Origin: Halanaerobiales bacterium
GTDB lineage: Bacteria; Bacillota; Halanaerobiia; Halanaerobiales; DTU029
NCBI GenBank assembly: GCA_022360715.1
Contig: JAKSCG010000237.1
Coordinates: forward strand, 34,232-98,231
Length of the DNA: 64,000 nt
Direction of reading: 5' to 3'
Below are positions 45,642 to 54,500 of the stretch, one piece after another (positions within the stretch are counted from its first letter, which is position 1; the number at the start of each line of letters is the position of its first letter). The position numbers were made by a program, and so were the translations under genes. The notes under the pieces were generated by a model. It was not told the DNA's origin, did not search any database, and saw only the letters and a list, made by a program, of their open reading frames with translations.

Positions 45642-46082
45642 CTAAAATGGCACATCAAAATCATCATCTAAATCAAAACTGTTATTGTCATTATTATTAT
45701 TGTTATTGTTGTTATTATTTTTATAGTTGCTCCCGGAACTACCCTTGCTATCTGCCGGCCAGTCCAGGAAACGGACTTCATTGGCTATAATTTCAGTATT
45801 TAAGTAAGTTCTTCCGTCTTTCTCACTCTTCCTGACCTGGATGGAACCTTCAATCGCCACCAATCTCCCTTTACCCAGATGATGAGCACAGGTTTCTGCT
45901 AACTTCCGCCAGGTAACTATCCGGATAAAGTCGACATCACGTTCACCCTGCTGATTGGCAAAACGGCGTTCAACTGCTAGGGTAAAGTTACTAACCGGTG
46001 TACCATTAGAAGTGTACCTGAGTTCGGGATCCCTGACCAGTCGGCCAATTAAAACAACATGATTTAACAATCTACTCACCAT
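45642..46082 (-). CDS. ssb: Single-stranded DNA-binding protein
   Basis: OB-fold N-terminus LNHVVLIGRLVRDPELRYTSNGTPVSNFTLAV. Acidic tip DDDFDVPF. The real start may be the in-frame TTG at 46070, giving MLNHVVLIGRL. Confidence 0.9.
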   Translation of the reverse strand: MVSRLLNHVVLIGRLVRDPELRYTSNGTPVSNFTLAVERRFANQQGERDVDFIRIVTWRKLAETCAHHLGKGRLVAIEGSIQVRKSEKDGRTYLNTEIIANEVRFLDWPADSKGSSGSNYKNNNNNNNNNNDNNSFDLDDDFDVPF

Positions 46083-46095
46083 CCCCTTTGCGTTC

Positions 46096-46386
46096 TCAGT
46101 TCTCTGTATTAATAACTAAATAGCGGAGAACATCATCTATGATCTTAAAGTTGCGTTCCAGTTCATTAACCAGGCTAGCATCTCCTTTGAAGGTAATAAT
46201 AGTATAGTAGCCATTCTTATAATCCTTAATTTCATAAGCCAACTTCCTACTACCCCAGTCATCTACCTCCAAGATCTCCCCATTATGATCAGTAATAATC
46301 CCTTTGATCCTCTCGGTTAAACTCTCCCGGGCTTCTTGCTCCATATCCGGTTTCAGGATATAGGTCGCTTCATATTGACGGATCAT
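46096..46386 (-). CDS. rpsF: 30S ribosomal protein S6
   Basis: MIRQYEATYILKPDMEQEA...YYTIITFKGD is the canonical S6 pattern. First gene of rpsF-ssb-rpsR. Confidence 0.95.
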   Translation of the reverse strand: MIRQYEATYILKPDMEQEARESLTERIKGIITDHNGEILEVDDWGSRKLAYEIKDYKNGYYTIITFKGDASLVNELERNFKIIDDVLRYLVINTEN

Positions 46387-46401
46387 CTTAATTCACCCCC
46401 T

Positions 46402-46441
46402 CCATGCGGACTAAACGGCCCTGTCGATCAACAGAGCATGG
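46402..46441 (-). promoter_or_regulatory. rpsF 5'-leader hairpin (candidate S6:S18 autoregulatory element)
   Basis: The minus strand reads CCAUGC-ucuguugaucgacagggccguuuagucc-GCAUGG, immediately followed by AGGGGG (SD) and the ATG. The 3' arm abuts the SD and the interior carries a GGCCG segment. An S6:S18-binding leader is described for Firmicute rpsF, but I cannot verify the match by eye. Confidence 0.35.
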
Positions 46442-46458
46442 ATTACAATTCATTCTAT

Positions 46459-46487
46459 ATTATAGCACTCTATCGCCCAGAATGCAA
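46459..46487 (-). promoter_or_regulatory. SigmaA promoter of rpsF-ssb-rpsR
   Basis: The minus strand has TTGCAT (46487..46482), a 17-nt spacer and TATAAT (46464..46459), with TG at -15/-14. Confidence 0.6.
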
Positions 46488-46519
46488 TAACCTTCGCTTT
46501 ATTTTGTTGTCAAAATCTA

Positions 46520-46548
46520 TTGAATAGATCGAACAGATATGTTATACT
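46520..46548 (+). promoter_or_regulatory. SigmaA promoter of the ABC-2 transporter operon
   Basis: TTGAAT (46520..46525), a 17-nt spacer and TATACT (46543..46548), with TG at -15/-14. Confidence 0.5.
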
Positions 46549-46617
46549 GATTATCCGCTCACCAGTGGGACTTTATCTACCCCAATCCAACGCATTTCAA
46601 TATTCCTGCGCTACATA

Positions 46618-47400
46618 ATGGAGGTGTCTGATATTTTTAGAGGATTAGAATTGGCTAAAAAATCTTTTAAAAGGGATCATGTCTATCTATTAAACCATCT
46701 AGTTAATAACATTGGGAGTATTGTCTTCGGTTATATCAATGTTCGAATCTGGCTTGCTGTCTTAGGCGATTCAAAAGAAGGTATTGAGGCCGTAACTTAT
46801 TTAATGGTTAACCAGGCCGGTCTTTGGCTGGTACTGTTTATTCCCTATGGGTGTTACCTCCCGCAAAAAGTCTATGATGGAACAATAGCTTACGAAATGT
46901 TAAGACCATATGGTCTGCTTTATAATAGCTTTTTTGAGCTGGCGGGCCATATCTTGTACAACTTCTTATTTCGCTCCATACCAATTTTCCTGTTCAGTGT
47001 ATTGGTAATGGGGGTATCTCTCCCTAAACTTGCTCAGATCTTACCATACTTAATCACTTTAACTAATGGGATAGTAATTGCCTTTTTTATCAACTATTTC
47101 ATCGGGCTATGGAGTCTTAAGTTTATATCTATTAACGGAGTTCAAATGCTTTATTATTTTACCGGCACTTTATTTAGCGGTGCCTGGATCCATCTAAAAT
47201 ACTATCCCCAGTTTTTTCAAGATATCATTATGCTTTTGCCTTTTGCCTATACCACCTATGTACCTACAGCAGTCTATCAGGGGCAATTTAGTTTAGCCAG
47301 GGCCTTAATTAGCCAATGGCTATGGATCATCGTTCTCTTCACCATTGCTTACTCACTGACGATCAGGTTAACCAAAAATATGGCCATTCAAGGGGGATAA
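46618..47400 (+). CDS. ABC-2-type transporter permease (COG4587-like)
   Basis: 260 aa, 6 TM. First of two permease genes preceding a COG4586-like ATPase. There is no SD before ATG 46618, so the start is uncertain. Confidence 0.6.
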   Translation: MEVSDIFRGLELAKKSFKRDHVYLLNHLVNNIGSIVFGYINVRIWLAVLGDSKEGIEAVTYLMVNQAGLWLVLFIPYGCYLPQKVYDGTIAYEMLRPYGLLYNSFFELAGHILYNFLFRSIPIFLFSVLVMGVSLPKLAQILPYLITLTNGIVIAFFINYFIGLWSLKFISINGVQMLYYFTGTLFSGAWIHLKYYPQFFQDIIMLLPFAYTTYVPTAVYQGQFSLARALISQWLWIIVLFTIAYSLTIRLTKNMAIQGG

Positions 47401-47402
47401 GA

Positions 47403-48179
47403 ATGGAACTTTTTTTTACACTTTTTAAGGCTTCTTTTAAAAGAGAAGCCCAGTACAAATTTGATTTTTTTGTTAATATCCTCGGTAATTTCTTAGGGTT
47501 GTTTGCTGATTTTTTGATTATAGCTTTGATCTTAATCCGGTTTCAAAACATAGCAGGCTGGCAACTGCATCAAGTCGCTTTAATGTATGCAATTATTGAG
47601 TTTGGTTTTGGAGTATATCGGTTGATTGGCGAAGGATTCAATCGATTTGAAGAATTAATTCTATCGGGTAAATTTGATACTTTACTGCTCAGACCAGTTC
47701 CTGTATTGGTCCAAGTCATGCTCCACAAAATCGATTTGAAAAGACTGGGGATGGTAGTACAGGCAATGGTGGTCGGTCTTTGGGGAATACAGCGTTCTAC
47801 CTTTCCAAACAGTAGCTTTTATTGTTATCTCCCCTTACTATTACTAGCTTCAGTAATAATCAATTTAGAGGTAAGTATTATCCTGGCAGCCATGGCCTTC
47901 TGGACCGGGAAAAATAAGGATATAATTATCCTCGGGCACTACTCGACCCGAACAGCAGCCACATATCCAGCAACAATCTATCACAAGCTATTCAGCCATA
48001 TTTTAACCTTGGTCATCCCATTCTTTACGGTAAGCTATTACCCCCTTTTATATTATACCGGAAAGTCAGATAACCCCTTTTATTTGCTAACTCCCCTCTT
48101 CGGTATTATCACCATGACGCTATTATCATCGTTGATTTGGCGTTCGGGGATTAAAAGGTATTCAAGCACTGGAACTTAA
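47403..48179 (+). CDS. ABC-2-type transporter permease (COG3694-like)
   Basis: Track ORF starts at 47316 inside the upstream gene. ATG 47403 follows GGGGGA by 5 nt and gives MELFFTLFKASFKREAQYKFDFF.... 6 TM. Confidence 0.6.
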   Translation: MELFFTLFKASFKREAQYKFDFFVNILGNFLGLFADFLIIALILIRFQNIAGWQLHQVALMYAIIEFGFGVYRLIGEGFNRFEELILSGKFDTLLLRPVPVLVQVMLHKIDLKRLGMVVQAMVVGLWGIQRSTFPNSSFYCYLPLLLLASVIINLEVSIILAAMAFWTGKNKDIIILGHYSTRTAATYPATIYHKLFSHILTLVIPFFTVSYYPLLYYTGKSDNPFYLLTPLFGIITMTLLSSLIWRSGIKRYSSTGT

Positions 48180-48220
48180 GTCCTTTTTCGATAACTTATT
48201 GCGTCGGGAGGAAAACTATA

Positions 48221-49183
48221 ATGGAATATATTAATGTTAGGGGTCTGAAAAAGGAGTACACAATCTATCAAAAAAAAAGCCTTTGGCGGAGAAATAAAAT
48301 AAAGATTAAAGCCCTGCAGGGTATTGACTTTACTGTCAAGCAAGGTGAATTTTTAGGTTATATCGGCCCTAATGGGGCCGGCAAATCAACAACAATCAAA
48401 ATACTTACCGGGATAATGACTCCCAGTGAAGGTATGGTAAATGTAGGCAAATATATACCCTATCAAGAACGCAAGCGCTATGTACAAAATATCGGGGTGG
48501 TCTTCGGTCAAAAAACCCAGATGTGGTGGGACCTACCTGTCATTGATACCTATCAACTTTTAAGGGGGATCTATCGGGTTGCTCCCATTGATTATCAACG
48601 GCAACTGGAATACCTGGTCGAAAAGCTATCACTGGCAGATATACTCAAACAACCGGTCCGCCAACTTAGTCTGGGGCAGAGAATGAGGGCAGAACTGGGG
48701 GCTTGTTTGATCCACAATCCTGCGATCCTCTTCCTTGATGAACCTACCATCGGCTTAGATCTAATCTCTAAACACCGAGTGATCGCGTTCCTCCAAGAGA
48801 TCAACAAGCAGGGTAAGACCATCTTTCTTACCACCCATGACCTGAAGGACATTGAAATACTATGTAATCAAATGCTGGTGATTAATCACGGGAAGATTGT
48901 ATATAAAGGGACAGTAGAAAAACTTAAGACAATAACAGCTTTACCGATTAGAGTTTTAGCACAGTTGGCGCATCAGCCCGGTGTACACTTAATCAATCAA
49001 ATTTTAGCTCAATATGCGGGGATTTATTATCCGGAAAAAAAGCGACTTATCTTAGATTCAAAAAATAAGAAAGAGACTTCGGAAATCGCCAAAACCCTTT
49101 TCAATAATTTCGGTATTGAGGATTTTAAGATCGAAGAACCCAGTATCGAAGAGATCATCAAAATGATCTATTCAAAAAATTAA
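48221..49183 (+). CDS. ABC transporter ATP-binding protein (COG4586-like)
   Basis: Walker A GPNGAGKST, signature LSLGQRMRAELGACL, Walker B ILFLDEPTIGLD, plus a ~90-aa C-terminal extension. Confidence 0.85.
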   Translation: MEYINVRGLKKEYTIYQKKSLWRRNKIKIKALQGIDFTVKQGEFLGYIGPNGAGKSTTIKILTGIMTPSEGMVNVGKYIPYQERKRYVQNIGVVFGQKTQMWWDLPVIDTYQLLRGIYRVAPIDYQRQLEYLVEKLSLADILKQPVRQLSLGQRMRAELGACLIHNPAILFLDEPTIGLDLISKHRVIAFLQEINKQGKTIFLTTHDLKDIEILCNQMLVINHGKIVYKGTVEKLKTITALPIRVLAQLAHQPGVHLINQILAQYAGIYYPEKKRLILDSKNKKETSEIAKTLFNNFGIEDFKIEEPSIEEIIKMIYSKN

Positions 49184-49187
49184 CTCT

Positions 49188-50072
49188 TTACCCCTTGATT
49201 GCGCCACTGGTCAGACCGGAAATGATCTGTTCCTGGAATAAAATATATCCGATAATACTTGGAATTATGCTGATTACAATAGCTGCATACATTGAAGTAT
49301 AATCAGTCGTAAACTGATTTGAGAAAAACCGTATACCTACTTGCATAGTTCGCACACTGTTCGAGGAAGTCAAAAGCATGGCATAAACAAATTCATTCCA
49401 GCTATATAAAAACTGGAAAGTTGCTGCGGTAATCAAGCCCGGTTTTGCTAAGGGGAAGATGATTTTAAAGAATCTACTATAAAAACCGCAACCATCAATA
49501 ATCGCTGCTTCCTCCAGTTCCACCGGTATATTATTGATAAACCCCCTGATGATAAACAGGGATAAAGGCAAACTAACCCCGGTATATGTTAAAATAAGTG
49601 CCAATCTGGTATTATATACTCCCAGGGTTTTGATCAAGGTAAAGATCGGTACCATTAAAGAACTAATCGGCACCATTATTCCCGCAATAATAATGGTGAA
49701 AATAACCTCTTTAAATTTAAAATTAAATCTGGCAATAACATAAGCAGCCATTGCCGCGATTAATACGTTTAAAATAGTTGCACTTAAGCTGACTACCATT
49801 GAATTTAAGAATAGCCGATTTAGTCCGGATACCTGGAATGCATTAGTATAGTTAGTAAACTGCATTTTTTCCGGCAAGGAAAAAGGCGAGGCAATCAGTT
49901 CGGCATTAGTTTTTAAAGAAGATATCAACAACCAGACCATCGGGGCTACTGTATAGAACAGGAAGAAGGCCAAAACAACCCACATTATTATTGAACCGAA
50001 AAATTTACTCCGGCCTGGTTCTAAGCTGTTACTAAACCTTTTTTCAAATAAAAGTTTCGGCATCAGTTCCAA
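49188..50072 (-). CDS. CUT1-family sugar ABC transporter permease (MalG-like)
   Basis: EAA loop EEAAIIDGCGFYSRFFKIIFPLAKPGL. 6 TM. Confidence 0.85.
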   Translation of the reverse strand: MELMPKLLFEKRFSNSLEPGRSKFFGSIIMWVVLAFFLFYTVAPMVWLLISSLKTNAELIASPFSLPEKMQFTNYTNAFQVSGLNRLFLNSMVVSLSATILNVLIAAMAAYVIARFNFKFKEVIFTIIIAGIMVPISSLMVPIFTLIKTLGVYNTRLALILTYTGVSLPLSLFIIRGFINNIPVELEEAAIIDGCGFYSRFFKIIFPLAKPGLITAATFQFLYSWNEFVYAMLLTSSNSVRTMQVGIRFFSNQFTTDYTSMYAAIVISIIPSIIGYILFQEQIISGLTSGAIKG

Positions 50073-50097
50073 CCACCTTTAAAATATTATTAATTCT

Positions 50098-50982
50098 TTA
50101 ATCCTTAGCTCGAAATAACCTCCTTAACCCGACTATAATAATTACTCCAATCATCAGTAAAAATACTGCCGAGGTATTGGCAACACCATATTGAAAATCA
50201 TTTATTTTTTTAAATAAATACAAAACAAGAACCATTGTCCGGTTAGCGGGACCACCATTTGTCATCACATAAGTCTGTTCAAACTGTCTTAAGCCATATA
50301 CCATTGCTATCGTCATACAGGTTAAAGTTGATCCTCTGATCAAAGGGAGGGTTATATGTAATTCCTGTTGAAGCCGGGATGCACCGTCTATACTGGCCGC
50401 TTCATAATATGTTTCAGGAATTGAAGAAATCTCCGCTAAAATTATGATCATAAAATAACCAATGTAAAAAACACCAAATAAAACAACAGCGGGATAAGCA
50501 GTAAAGTAATTACCCAACCAGTTTTGTTGTAAACCTTCCAGGCCAACAGCTTTTAATAAACCGTTTAAAATACCATATTCACTATTAAAAACGGCCATCC
50601 ACAACATTGACATAGCAACTATCGAAATTACATTCGGGAAATAATAAACTGTTCTTAAAAACTTCCATCCTTTTGGTTTTCTGGCCAGTAAGATCGCAAC
50701 CAGTACCGCTAAGGGCACCTGTAAAAAGCCGCCGGCCAGGATCCAACCGATATTATTTTGAATTGATAATTTAAAAGTAGGATCACTCAACACAAAACGA
50801 TAATTATTCCAACTATTAAAAACCGGCTGACTTAAACCATCCCAACTGGTAAAACTCGTAATTATGATAAAGACCAGAGGATAGACAAAAAAACTAATAA
50901 AAAATAAACCTGCCGGGAGAAGAAACAAGACCATCCCAATTTTACTACTAATTGTTTTTTTCATTTGATCACCTGATAACAT
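50098..50982 (-). CDS. CUT1-family sugar ABC transporter permease (MalF-like)
   Basis: EAA loop YEAASIDGASRLQQELHITLPLIRGS. 6 TM. Confidence 0.85.
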   Translation of the reverse strand: MLSGDQMKKTISSKIGMVLFLLPAGLFFISFFVYPLVFIIITSFTSWDGLSQPVFNSWNNYRFVLSDPTFKLSIQNNIGWILAGGFLQVPLAVLVAILLARKPKGWKFLRTVYYFPNVISIVAMSMLWMAVFNSEYGILNGLLKAVGLEGLQQNWLGNYFTAYPAVVLFGVFYIGYFMIIILAEISSIPETYYEAASIDGASRLQQELHITLPLIRGSTLTCMTIAMVYGLRQFEQTYVMTNGGPANRTMVLVLYLFKKINDFQYGVANTSAVFLLMIGVIIIVGLRRLFRAKD

Positions 50983-51011
50983 GTTTTAGAAGTAAGCCAG
51001 TTCCCTAACTG

Positions 51012-51052
51012 CCGTTTATCCCCCCGCTTGAAGACAGCGAGGGAATAAACGG
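51012..51052 (-). other. Intercistronic stem-loop between the SBP and permease genes
   Basis: CCGTTTAT..CCC..GCT / AGC..GGG..ATAAACGG imperfect hairpin with outer arms at 51012..51019 and 51045..51052. There is no U-tract. This is typical of mRNA-stabilising or attenuating hairpins downstream of SBP genes. Confidence 0.45.
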
Positions 51053-51063
51053 AAATCCTTGTC

Positions 51064-52344
51064 TTATCTGGTATCAATTGCTTTTAAAGTAGCAATAAAC
51101 TCTTCCGGGGTTTTTATCCCTAAGACCAGTGCTGATAAAGCCTGCGGAAATTCTGTAGCTACGGCAGGTTTCACACTCATATTAAAATGCGGAACTATAT
51201 AGGGCGCTTTACTCGACTGATTGATCATTGCTCCCTGTAATGGTTCAACATTATCGCCGGGATTAATCTCCGTTTTAATTACAAATAAGGCACCGGAAGA
51301 CATAGACAGTTTTTTAACATTCTCCGCTTCGGTTAAATACTTAAGGAATTTTACAACCGCTTCTTCCTTATTATGATCACTTTGTTTAGCAGCAACCAAT
51401 AACGCCTGCACAAAACCTAGATAACCGCCCTTTTCTCCTTTCCCTCCTTGATAAGCCGGGGCTGGAGCCACTTTAATATTTTGATAGAAATTATTGCCCC
51501 CTTCACTCTTAATCCGACCAATAAACCAGGGACCGTTCATCAGCATAGCGGTTCTTTCATTGAGAAAATGTCCGGCCGCAACAGTAGCAGTTGCCCCGAC
51601 TGCATCTGATGTAGTATAATCAAACATCTTTTTAATCAGTTTCGCCGCTTCCAGATAAGCCGGATCATCAAAACCCCTCTCATAGATATCCGGTCCGCCG
51701 ATAGCGGCTAATAGTTGTGAGTACCATAGCATCGAGGTCCAGGCATTGGCCCCGGTCATCTGTGACATCGGTGTTATGCCGAGCGCCTCCATTTTATCAC
51801 ACATTACAAAAAAGTCTTGATATGTTTCGGGAAATTCTGTATATCCTGCTTTTTCTAATAATTTTGAATTGTAAAGTACTGGCGTAACCCCAAATTCATA
51901 TGGTACAGCCAAAATCCGGCCCTGATAAGTAGCACTGCTCATTACGCCCGGAACAAACCTGTCCTGCCAGGCACTATCCATATATTTGCTTAGATCCATT
52001 AATTTACCCGATTTGTAGAATGGTTCTGCTTTGGCCCCGGCTTTGGTAATAAATAGGTCGGGAACCTGACCTGCCGCGATACTTACCTTCACTTTTTCTT
52101 CATAAGCATCATAATCGGCTATTTCTTCTACAACAACTTTAATCTTTCCGGCGTTTTCTTGATTAAATTTGGTAATTAGTTCGTTCATAACTACAGCCTT
52201 GGAGTCTTTACCTACCCAAATAGAAGGAAAGTTTATGATCGTCTGATTATCTGCCACTGCTCGACCTGCATTGCCGAAAATTCCCACCGCCATAGCTGAA
52301 CAAACAACAAAGACCAGCAACATTAACGATAAAAACCTTTTCAC
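51064..52344 (-). CDS. Extracellular solute-binding protein, family 1 (sugar ABC importer)
   Basis: GTG start with GGGGGA 10 nt upstream. Signal peptide. 426 aa. It precedes the two CUT1 permease genes. Confidence 0.8.
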   Translation of the reverse strand: MKRFLSLMLLVFVVCSAMAVGIFGNAGRAVADNQTIINFPSIWVGKDSKAVVMNELITKFNQENAGKIKVVVEEIADYDAYEEKVKVSIAAGQVPDLFITKAGAKAEPFYKSGKLMDLSKYMDSAWQDRFVPGVMSSATYQGRILAVPYEFGVTPVLYNSKLLEKAGYTEFPETYQDFFVMCDKMEALGITPMSQMTGANAWTSMLWYSQLLAAIGGPDIYERGFDDPAYLEAAKLIKKMFDYTTSDAVGATATVAAGHFLNERTAMLMNGPWFIGRIKSEGGNNFYQNIKVAPAPAYQGGKGEKGGYLGFVQALLVAAKQSDHNKEEAVVKFLKYLTEAENVKKLSMSSGALFVIKTEINPGDNVEPLQGAMINQSSKAPYIVPHFNMSVKPAVATEFPQALSALVLGIKTPEEFIATLKAIDTR

Positions 52345-52442
52345 TGTTAACTTATCCCCCTTCTTTATTTTCCTTGTTTACCCTTTCCCAACAATCTCTT
52401 TTTTTCTCTTTCCCCCCTTCCTTGCATCAGCCCTTTTTCTGA

Positions 52443-52466
52443 TTTAATTAACATTTTTAATTAATT
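52443..52466. promoter_or_regulatory. TTTAATTAA / TTTTAATTAATT operator candidate downstream of the SBP promoter
   Basis: TTTAATTAA (52443..52451) and TTTTAATTAATT (52455..52466) lie about +14..+37 relative to the predicted promoter at 52487..52515(-). The same 12-mer occurs three times in 61255..61398. Confidence 0.4.
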
Positions 52467-52486
52467 ATTAAAATATTCTCTTTTTT

Positions 52487-52515
52487 ATGATATAATAAGA
52501 TCTATTATCTGTCAA
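52487..52515 (-). promoter_or_regulatory. SigmaA promoter of the sugar ABC operon
   Basis: The minus strand has TTGACA (52515..52510), a 17-nt spacer and TATCAT (52492..52487). Confidence 0.5.
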
Positions 52516-52665
52516 TAGTATTGTAAAAAACCCCTCAAAATAATAGAATCAGAACTAAATAAAGCAATTATTTAGCTCAATAAATAACCTTAATTAAAGC
52601 ATTAAATTTTTATCACCGCTCTTTTTCAAATAAATCGGTATAGTGATTAGGCGAAATTTTAAGAT

Positions 52666-53982
52666 TTACTTGAGCACCGTCCAACCTTTAATCCGGGCCA
52701 AAATTTCAAACGGTTTGATAAAATCACCATAAACCATTGAAACATGGTGGGCAATCCCCTTGGTAATTACCAGCTGAAGCACCTCCCGAACCGGACGTTC
52801 AAATTTAACCCGGGCATAACTCCCTTTTAATGCTTTCTCCATCGCAACTGCCTCCCCCTGCTGTAAAAATAGTCGATGCTGACCACCGGCTGAGTCCAAG
52901 CGCAGGATTGAGACGGGACCGGACTTCATCACAAAATCGGCGGTAACCCCTTTACCATCGGCAAAATATGAATCGAGAGTAAGCTTACAACTCCCATCCC
53001 ACAGGTTACAAGGAGCGACACCACAGTGCCATAACAGGGCATAATCTTCTTCAAAATCTACTTGGGAGAGGTCGGCCAGGAAAGGGGTCTCAGCTCCGAC
53101 AGCCCGATGAGCCAACATTGATACCGCCCCTTCCACATCACCTTCACAGGAAATTATTTGCTCTTCAGACTGTAGTAAGGATAAAGCAGCACAGGGAGAA
53201 ATCCCAAATTTAGCGGCAAACTCCGGCCAGCATCTGAGGGCCAGCGCGGTCAAATTATGCTGATTAATGAAATTATCCAGTTTAGCTGATAATTCAGCTA
53301 CCTTCTGCAATTGTAACTCACTGAGCCCGCTGGTATCAAATATGCTCTTTATTTTCTCTCTTTTTTCGTCAATTGTTTTTTGAGCAACAACATAGCTATA
53401 AAGCTCTTCCAGTTCAAAATGATCGACTAAAAAGCCCAGCTGTCGATAAGCATTTAGTTCGTCAATGGCCAGGTTAAAAAAGCCGTGCGCCCGGTATCCG
53501 GCCAGACCAATCTTGGCATCACGCCAGGCTGCCATAACCCGGATTGCATCCAGCCAATCCTGGTCCACCGTATCACCAATTGTATAGTGATAACCCCTTA
53601 CCCCTGCTTTGTAAAGATTAGAGGCATTAAGATTAACCCCACAGACGGAATTTAATCTAATCTTACCCCCATCATAGGGTAATTCCTTTAGTCCCCACAA
53701 AAGCAACGGTTGATCAATCACTTTATTTAATTCCAGGACTAGGTGGCCCAGATGGAAGGTCCCGCTGATAACTATTAAACCGTCCAGTTGACTTTGCGCC
53801 AGCTTTTGCGCGGCCCGCCGTGCATCTTCCACCTCAATGACCAGTTCATTAATAAAGACAAAATCGGTATATTCAATTAGTTGCAATTCCTTTTTGATCC
53901 CCTGATAGATAACTTCGGCCGCCTGATAGTCAAAAGTCTTCCGGGCCAGACAGACCACACCAATCTTAACCTGCTGTTTCAT
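52666..53982 (-). CDS. L-fucose/L-arabinose isomerase-family protein (COG2407-like)
   Basis: 438 aa. N-terminal KIGVVCLARKTFDY... and C-terminal ...FLADLSQVDFEEDYALLWHCGVAP... resemble the short fucose-isomerase-like family. Assigned from memory of the family pattern only. Confidence 0.5.
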   Translation of the reverse strand: MKQQVKIGVVCLARKTFDYQAAEVIYQGIKKELQLIEYTDFVFINELVIEVEDARRAAQKLAQSQLDGLIVISGTFHLGHLVLELNKVIDQPLLLWGLKELPYDGGKIRLNSVCGVNLNASNLYKAGVRGYHYTIGDTVDQDWLDAIRVMAAWRDAKIGLAGYRAHGFFNLAIDELNAYRQLGFLVDHFELEELYSYVVAQKTIDEKREKIKSIFDTSGLSELQLQKVAELSAKLDNFINQHNLTALALRCWPEFAAKFGISPCAALSLLQSEEQIISCEGDVEGAVSMLAHRAVGAETPFLADLSQVDFEEDYALLWHCGVAPCNLWDGSCKLTLDSYFADGKGVTADFVMKSGPVSILRLDSAGGQHRLFLQQGEAVAMEKALKGSYARVKFERPVREVLQLVITKGIAHHVSMVYGDFIKPFEILARIKGWTVLK

Positions 53983-54010
53983 TTAATCACCTGCTCCCCT
54001 ATCTTTGCTC

Positions 54011-54487
54011 CTATTTAAAATTATCTTCTTCGATTTGCTGTACTTCTAGAAAAGCCTGGCGTAAAAAAGCCTGCTTTTCTGCCGGAAATCCTTCGGTAAA
54101 ACCCGCTTTAAGCCAGCGCTCCACCATATCAATAGCCTGCTGGGGGGCCAACAGCCAGCCGCCCAATGTTAAAACATTAGCCTGATTTATAATCGAGGAC
54201 ATCCCGGCACTATAACTCCCTTCAACCACTGCCGCATAAACCCCTTTAAATTTATTGGCGATAATATTCATCCCCATCCCGGTACCACAGCAAAGAATCC
54301 CCTTTTGATATTCCCCTGATTTAATCCTTTGGGCTACTTTAGGTGCTACTACAAAATATGGCTGAAAATCCTCCTGATTTTGCATCCCGACATCCTCCAC
54401 CTGATAACCTGAAGCAATTAAATGAGCCTTCACTGTCTCCTTTAAGGAAAAACCTGATCGATCGGAGCCGATAATAATCTTTTTCAA
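54011..54487 (-). CDS. RpiB/LacA/LacB-family sugar-phosphate isomerase
   Basis: KIIIGSDRSGFSLKETVKAHL... and CCGTGMGMNIIANKFKGVYAA (catalytic Cys context) are the RpiB-family hallmarks. Confidence 0.8.
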   Translation of the reverse strand: MKKIIIGSDRSGFSLKETVKAHLIASGYQVEDVGMQNQEDFQPYFVVAPKVAQRIKSGEYQKGILCCGTGMGMNIIANKFKGVYAAVVEGSYSAGMSSIINQANVLTLGGWLLAPQQAIDMVERWLKAGFTEGFPAEKQAFLRQAFLEVQQIEEDNFK

Positions 54488-54500
54488 AACTAATCCCTCC

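Noticed and set aside
45584-45790. 68-aa plus-strand ORF with a striking CYCHYYYCYCCYYFYSC segment.
   Set aside because: It is the antisense reading of the (AAT/AAC)n tract that encodes the poly-Asn linker of SSB. It overlaps both the rpsR and ssb genes and has no SD.
47316-47402. N-terminal extension of the second ABC-2 permease (track start 47316).
   Set aside because: It overlaps the upstream permease gene by 85 nt. ATG 47403 follows the upstream stop and a GGGGGA SD.
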